A stretch of 64,000 nt of DNA, taken from NCBI GenBank assembly GCA_002633005.1, contig NMRA01000025.1, positions 255,846 to 319,845 of the forward strand, written 5' to 3'. The translations under genes and the position numbers were made by a program. The first letter of the stretch is position 1; the number at the start of each line of letters is the position of its first letter. The notes under the pieces are model-generated. The model searched no databases, was not told the origin of the DNA, and saw nothing but the letters and a program-made list of their open reading frames with translations. Shown here piece after piece: positions 62,976-64,000 of the stretch. Source of the stretch: Phoronis australis. Taxonomy: Eukaryota; Animalia; Phoronida.

Positions 62976-64000
62976 TTACAGGGCTGCGAAATTGTTGGTT
63001 TTGCTAAACAAACCCGTAGCTGTGAGCAGTCCTTGGAGAGATACTCCTAGCACTAGGTAGATGGTGACGCGCTGTTAATTGAAGAAACACACTCGGCGAC
63101 AGTAAAGATTGAATAAAATGTTCATCAAATTTGAACAGCTCTACATGATTTTATCTCACAATTCACTTCAACAGTTATTCTATATTTTTTTATAAAATAC
63201 TTCGATTTTCTTACTTGGATGTGTTTTTCTTTTACTTTTTTTAGAGTTCAGATGGGCGTGATGTCCAGGGAACACAGAACTCTGAATAATTACCGTCTAA
63301 AAACTGCATCGGTTATCATTATCAGGTTATCGGGTTTTCAAAAGCGATTTGGCCATTTAAGAAAGCGAGATTTGTGTAATTATTAACTGGCATTATTCGA
63401 TCAACAAAAACAATTTTAAGTTTACACTTAAAGTCAACAAAAAGTAACTTAAGCACAAATTTCAAACTATTTCTTGAAGACCGGAGAGGCATGCAAATTC
63501 ACCCGGCCGTCCACCCGAGCAAGCTACGTCGTTGTTTTTGGTAACGTTCAACGCATCTGGCACGGCAGTCCAGGACTTGATTTCGTTCTCAAATGCCTAT
63601 TCTAGACCATGGGCTCTAGGGCACAGTAGGCTTATAAATCCATTTCTATGACCATTTTGAGAGAGAGAGCGTTTTTGTTTCGATGTTTTTATATGTCAAA
63701 AAATCATTGTATTTTATAAAAGTAAAAAGCCCCCACGCTTAAACTTGACCTTTAATTTAGCTGATTCTGCAAATTGAAATGGAATAGTACATATTTAAAA
63801 ACAATGATATTAGATGTCCAGAAGGGGTGATAACATTCCCCGGGGTTGCACTAAGTCATAAAAATACACTGTTTGTTATTTTTCACTTTAAATGTGAATA
63901 TAAGGCAAATTTCTGAATTTATGAGCGCAGCTAGGTTGTGACTGAAATTTGGAACTACCATTCGAAACTTTTGATGCTGTTGTTGAAGTTGCAGTCAGAA

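Overview
Eukaryotic (invertebrate animal, AT-rich, draft assembly with N gaps) genomic DNA, not prokaryotic; most ORF-track entries are spurious. Two intron-containing genes could be spliced by hand. They sit head-to-head with 265 bp between start codons: ADPRS/ARH3 (ADP-ribosylhydrolase; minus strand, 9 coding exons, 30744->14975, about 361 aa, catalytic motifs intact) and RAB28 (plus strand, 6 coding exons, 31010->36759, 223 aa, CAAX CSIQ). The rest is transposon-rich intronic and intergenic DNA: a decayed Academ-type transposon, a decayed Tc1/mariner transposase, a decayed THAP domain, a DINE-1/HINE (Helentron)-like element, PIF/Harbinger-, Kolobok- and 5-bp-TSD (hAT5-like) MITEs, and a probable RING/B-box (TRIM) pseudogene. 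I found no clearly novel multi-gene system. The most unusual signals are a displaced, catalytically dead duplicate of the ARH3 active-site exon, the compact bidirectional promoter, and nested or possibly polymorphic transposon insertions. Family assignments come from motif recall, not database searches.
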